Shown here piece by piece: positions 59,350 through 64,000 of a stretch of DNA of 64,000 nucleotides. The first letter of the stretch is position 1. Every line of letters begins with the position of its first letter. The position numbers were made by a program, and so were the translations under genes. The notes under the pieces are model-generated. The model saw only the letters and a list, made by a program, of their open reading frames with translations. It ran no database searches and had not been told where the DNA came from. This DNA comes from Eledone cirrhosa (taxonomy: Eukaryota). The stretch is from positions 270,878,001-270,942,000 of the forward strand of contig OZ024740.1 in assembly GCA_964016885.1 (NCBI GenBank), read 5' to 3'.

Positions 59350-59764
59350 ATCTCTCTCTCTCACACACACACACAAACACACACACACACACACACTCAC
59401 TCAGATACACACATATACACTATCTCTCTCTCTCTCTCTCTCTCAGATACACACACAAACACACCCACTCTCTCTCTCTCTCTCTCTCTCAGATACACAC
59501 ACACTCACTCTCTCTCTCTCTCTCTCTCCCTCGCAGATACACACACACACACCCAATCTCTCTCTCTCTCTCTCTCTCCCTCGCAGATACACACACACAC
59601 ACCCAATCTCTCTCTCTCTCTCCCTCGCAGATACACACACACACACCCAATCTCTCTCTCTCTCCCTCTCAGATACACACACACACTCATTCTCTCTCTC
59701 TCTATCTCCCCCTCAGACACACACACATACACACTCACTCACTCTTTCTCTCTCTCTCTCTCTC

Positions 59765-59813
<49 letters not shown>

Positions 59814-59882
59814 CTCTCTCTCTTGATCTTTATCTTGATCTTGATCTTGATCTTGATCCTGATCTTGATTTTGATCTTGATC
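59350..59882. repeat. Compound (CT)n/(CA)n minisatellite followed by (TCTTGA)n
   Basis: Read directly from the sequence. Confidence 0.93.
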
Positions 59883-62431
59883 TTTTAACATCTTCATCGA
59901 GATTTTTTTTTAACCGAATTATCAAATTAATTAAATATTTTGAATATAGCTTTTCGATAATATTCATTATTGCTATATTTGATATATTTGTTTGAACTGC
60001 ATAGATTAGATTCTCTAACACGCTGTTTACAACATCTCATACTAATCCTTCTTTGCATTAATTTTGAATAAGTTTATGTTCTATTTATCTCCCTTTTAGT
60101 TTAGCTTTATATTTTAGAGAATATACATCTTTGAACATATATTGAATGACATCCTCACCTTTAAGGTGTTACAAAGCAAGTGTAATGTGTTAGAAGTACA
60201 ATGAATGAAACACCTGTTTCTTAATGTAAGATGATTACTCTCTTTCAGGCTATTCACGTATTACATTTTCATTTTTAAATCAGGTAAACTATAGATAACA
60301 GTAATAATTGTTTCTAACTTATGGAGGAAGCTTAAAGGCTTTGAAGGTAAGAAAATGGTGAGGAATATTGTAACATTTGTAGCTATCTCAAGGGTATTAA
60401 ATCAAATTTTATTACCGGGAATTAATCTTATAAACCACGAATTGAAGGTGGATCATGTACTGTAACTAAATACATCGATACTCTATCGAACCACCAGATG
60501 ATAAATCGATTTACTTAAATGTGTTCTTCACCCACACATCCAGAAAACTATGAATACACTTCAACTCATAATATGTAAACATGATTGAATGAAAGACAGT
60601 TCAACTCTTTTATTTCTGAGATACGCTCCGGAGGAAAATTATCGATTTTGTGAACAACGAATTAGCAAGCACTGCTATATGTCCATAGATTTTAGAAATA
60701 AATCACTACATAAAAACTTTATTAGTAATCTATGTCCTATTAAGAGAGATACGTAGATCAAAAAAAGGCATAAAAGAGTTATTGGCCTCACTCTACATCC
60801 ACGTTCAGTTATTATGTTTGTGGACTGCAGTCATGCTGGAGAACCGGTTCACAAGTTTAATCAATTATATCGAACCCAATAATTACTTTTATCGACAATA
60901 ATTTTATTGTTCTCTGAGACATAAAAGTCTAAATAGACTTGGGTGGGATTTGAACTCAGATGGTAAAGACATTTAGATTGGTGCTTTACCAATTTTGCTG
61001 TGTTTAGCAAAGGACTGGAATGTCCAACCGAAATTTAGATATGGTTGTATATAATAGTGTGTCTGTATGCGTGAAAAGATCTCTCTGAAAAAATAGCAAG
61101 ATATTGGATGGTTAAATGGCTCATCAAATTGCTTTTGTAGCCACAGTCTTAAAATAAATATATCTCCTTCTCTCCTCCAACTCCTGGTGGAGTAGCAAGG
61201 CGCCATATTACATACGACGTTTCTAGGGCATTCTTAAACATGGCGGTGCTGATCTCATCTCTAGATCGGAATACAGCAGATTTCTTCCAGAGAAGGATAG
61301 AGAATGAGAGGATGAGAGTGAGAAAGAGACGTAGAGGAAGAATCGATCCCAGAACTAGACAGGTATTATTTTATCGACTTTAAATTGATAAAAGGCAATG
61401 TTAACCTAGGCGGGATTTGAACTCAGCCAATAGAGAGCCGAAACGAATATTGCAAAGCATTATCTTACGTTCTAACGACTCTGCCAATTCGCCGCATGGA
61501 GTTGATATATAGATTAACATAAATCATTCACCTATAAATTAAAAGGTATAACGACATCCCTCCCTGTGCATGTTCTGTATTTACTTCCGAAATTTGCATT
61601 TATTTTTCATCTATTAAGGAATCAAATGTGAACGGTCGTATCATGAATGTTATTTTTGTTGTTATAATTTAACCCTAGATCATCTTTATTTAAAATTCAT
61701 CAGATCACAGCATTATTCTAGTCATTCCAGTCTGTTTGCAAATCTAAGAGTTTATTTTTCGCTAAGTTCTTCTATTTAGAAAAAATCAAAAATAGCCTAT
61801 GAGTTGAAGAAAATTAGCTATTACTTTTAGTAGTTAGAGTGACCACAAAGAGACTTCCAGGCTGGCTCATATCTTGAATTATTCATATGTAGGTTATGAT
61901 GTTATATAGGGTTATAGGTGTTGCAGTGTTATATTGGAGGAATTCACTTGGTTGTAAACACTCACCAAAAATATTAAATCGTGTTTGTCATAGTACGGCT
62001 CTTGCAATACTATCATATAGTCTGGTGATATTCGTTTTCAAATCAATACACACTTAGAAAGAAATTTTAAGTAAGAATGGAGTTGTATTATGTATAACAA
62101 AAGTTTAAAATTTGTATATGTATTTTTGATTTAGAATAAGAGATATGTTTGTTCATCACGGTAACAAGCTCGGTGTCATTGATCGCTATACACTAGTGCA
62201 AAATATTTTATTCAAGAGTAACACTTATTTTACGAGTGCGCACCTATATGACGCGAATTAAAACCTTGTTAAAAGAAGGAATACTAAAAAATGTGACATC
62301 TCAAGAAACCATTTTGATATTCTTAATGGCATCATCAGAATATATATTGTCTTGTTTACAAAGATTTATATTTCTAAATACATTTGTAGAGCAAGATATA
62401 ACAGGATATAAGTAAGATCGGTAATGTAACA

Positions 62432-63197
62432 TAATAATTGTTTCTACTATTGGCACAAGGCCAGTAATTACCAGTATTACTGGTACTTTATTTTATCGAC
62501 CCCGTAAAGATGAAAGGCAAAGTTAACCTCGGCGGGTTTTGAACTCAGAATGGCAAGGGCCGTAACTCTACGCGTCAAAGCATGGCGTCCGACCCTCTAC
62601 CGATAATAATGCTTTCTGATTTAGGCACAAGGCCAGCAACTGGGGGAAGGGGAAATTTGATTAAATCGACCGCAGTAAGTTGCTGGTACTTTATTTTATC
62701 GACCCCTTTCTTCCTTACGGGGTTGATAAAATAAAGTACCAGTAACGTACTGGGGTCGATTTAATCGAATTTCCTCTTCCGCAAATATTGTTGGCCTTGT
62801 GCCTAGATTAGAAACCACTATTATACAATAACTGTTTCTACTTTAGGCATAAGGCCAGAAAATACCCAGTGCATTACTGGTACTTTATTTTATCGACCCC
62901 GTAAGGATGAAAGGCAAAGTCAACCTCGGCGGGATTTGAACTCAGAATGGCAAGGGCCGTAACTCTATGCGTCAAAGCATGGCGTCCGACCCTCTACCGA
63001 TACTGCCAATCCACCGCCCTTATACTATTATACAATAACACTATATAGTTACAACCATTTACGTTTTTAGTTCAAATCCCGCCTTTCATCCTTATGGGTC
63101 GATAAAATAAAGTACCAGAAACTTACTGGGGTCGATTTGCTCGACTTTGCCCATCCCCAAAAGTTGTTAGCCTTGTGTTTAAATCAGAACCCATTAT
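62432..63197. mobile_element. Cluster of five SINE copies or fragments in both orientations
   Basis: Repeated SINE body; inverted pair at 62604-62820; TSD ACTATTATACAATAAC around 62827-63018. Confidence 0.82.
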
Positions 63198-63541
63198 TAT
63201 GTTCTATATATCCTTTCTTTCTCTTACTCTCTCTCGTCTCTCTCACCTTCTTAAACCTTCCTTTCCTTTATATTTAATCTAAGTAACAATAACATGGTGA
63301 ATATTGGAGGTACGTTGAGGTGGTGGGTAAACTTAGCTTGGTCCATTCAGGTGGTCAACAGTCTTAGCGTTATTCATATCCTGATACATCTAACTATACA
63401 TACGAGCTTTATCTGTTTATATGTTTAAATAGTTTCTTAATATGATCACAAATCGAATTCCGTTTCTCGTGTCAACTCTATTAACTCTTCGATCATAGAA
63501 AACAATATATTTCATTAAAGATATACAGAGAATAAGATAAA

Positions 63542-63577
<36 letters not shown>

Positions 63578-63637
63578 TTATATTAAGCTTAATATATATA
63601 TATATATGTATATATATATATCCTTATATTAAGCTTA

Positions 63638-63669
<32 letters not shown>

Positions 63670-63684
63670 CCTTATATTAAACTT

Positions 63685-63754
<70 letters not shown>

Positions 63755-64000
63755 CTTTACAAGATGTCTTCCGAATAGGAAAGAGTCATTTTATCGTTAA
63801 TTGTTATTACCTTTCAGTATATCCCCGCCTCCCTAGAGACATCATTAACTGGGAGAATAGTATAGTAATTATGTTGAAACTCCGAACAATTGTGTAAGAT
63901 TTTAACTGAAAATAATGAAGATCTTTTCATGAGAAGACGACGACGACGACGAAGAAGAAGAAGAAGAATATTTAGAGTAAGGGTGAGATGCAATGCAGGT

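Overview
AT-rich animal genomic DNA dense in (TA)n microsatellites; the repeat content looks cephalopod/octopus-like (inference). Most ORF-track entries are microsatellite artefacts. One multi-exon gene on the minus strand spans about 4.5-50.5 kb. Its 10 exons were rebuilt by hand from GT-AG sites with consistent phases and encode a secreted protein of about 710 aa: signal peptide - VWA - TSP1 - Pro/Thr linker - VWA - TSP1 - Pro/Thr linker - VWA. The introns carry many tRNA-derived SINEs, RTE and CRE-like LINE fragments, hAT and mariner-like MITEs, and three Penelope-like element (PLE) ORF remnants. The most striking unexplained signal is a set of at least 8 distinct small repeat families, each built around a hammerhead ribozyme (HHR) motif and almost all sitting in (TA)n tracts. 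Three form retrozyme-like tandem arrays (421, 466 and 591 bp units) with an HHR at a fixed position in the unit. Two unrelated families carry the compensatory U3:A8 core variant. Several occur as fold-back palindromes whose inversion point lies at or inside the ribozyme.
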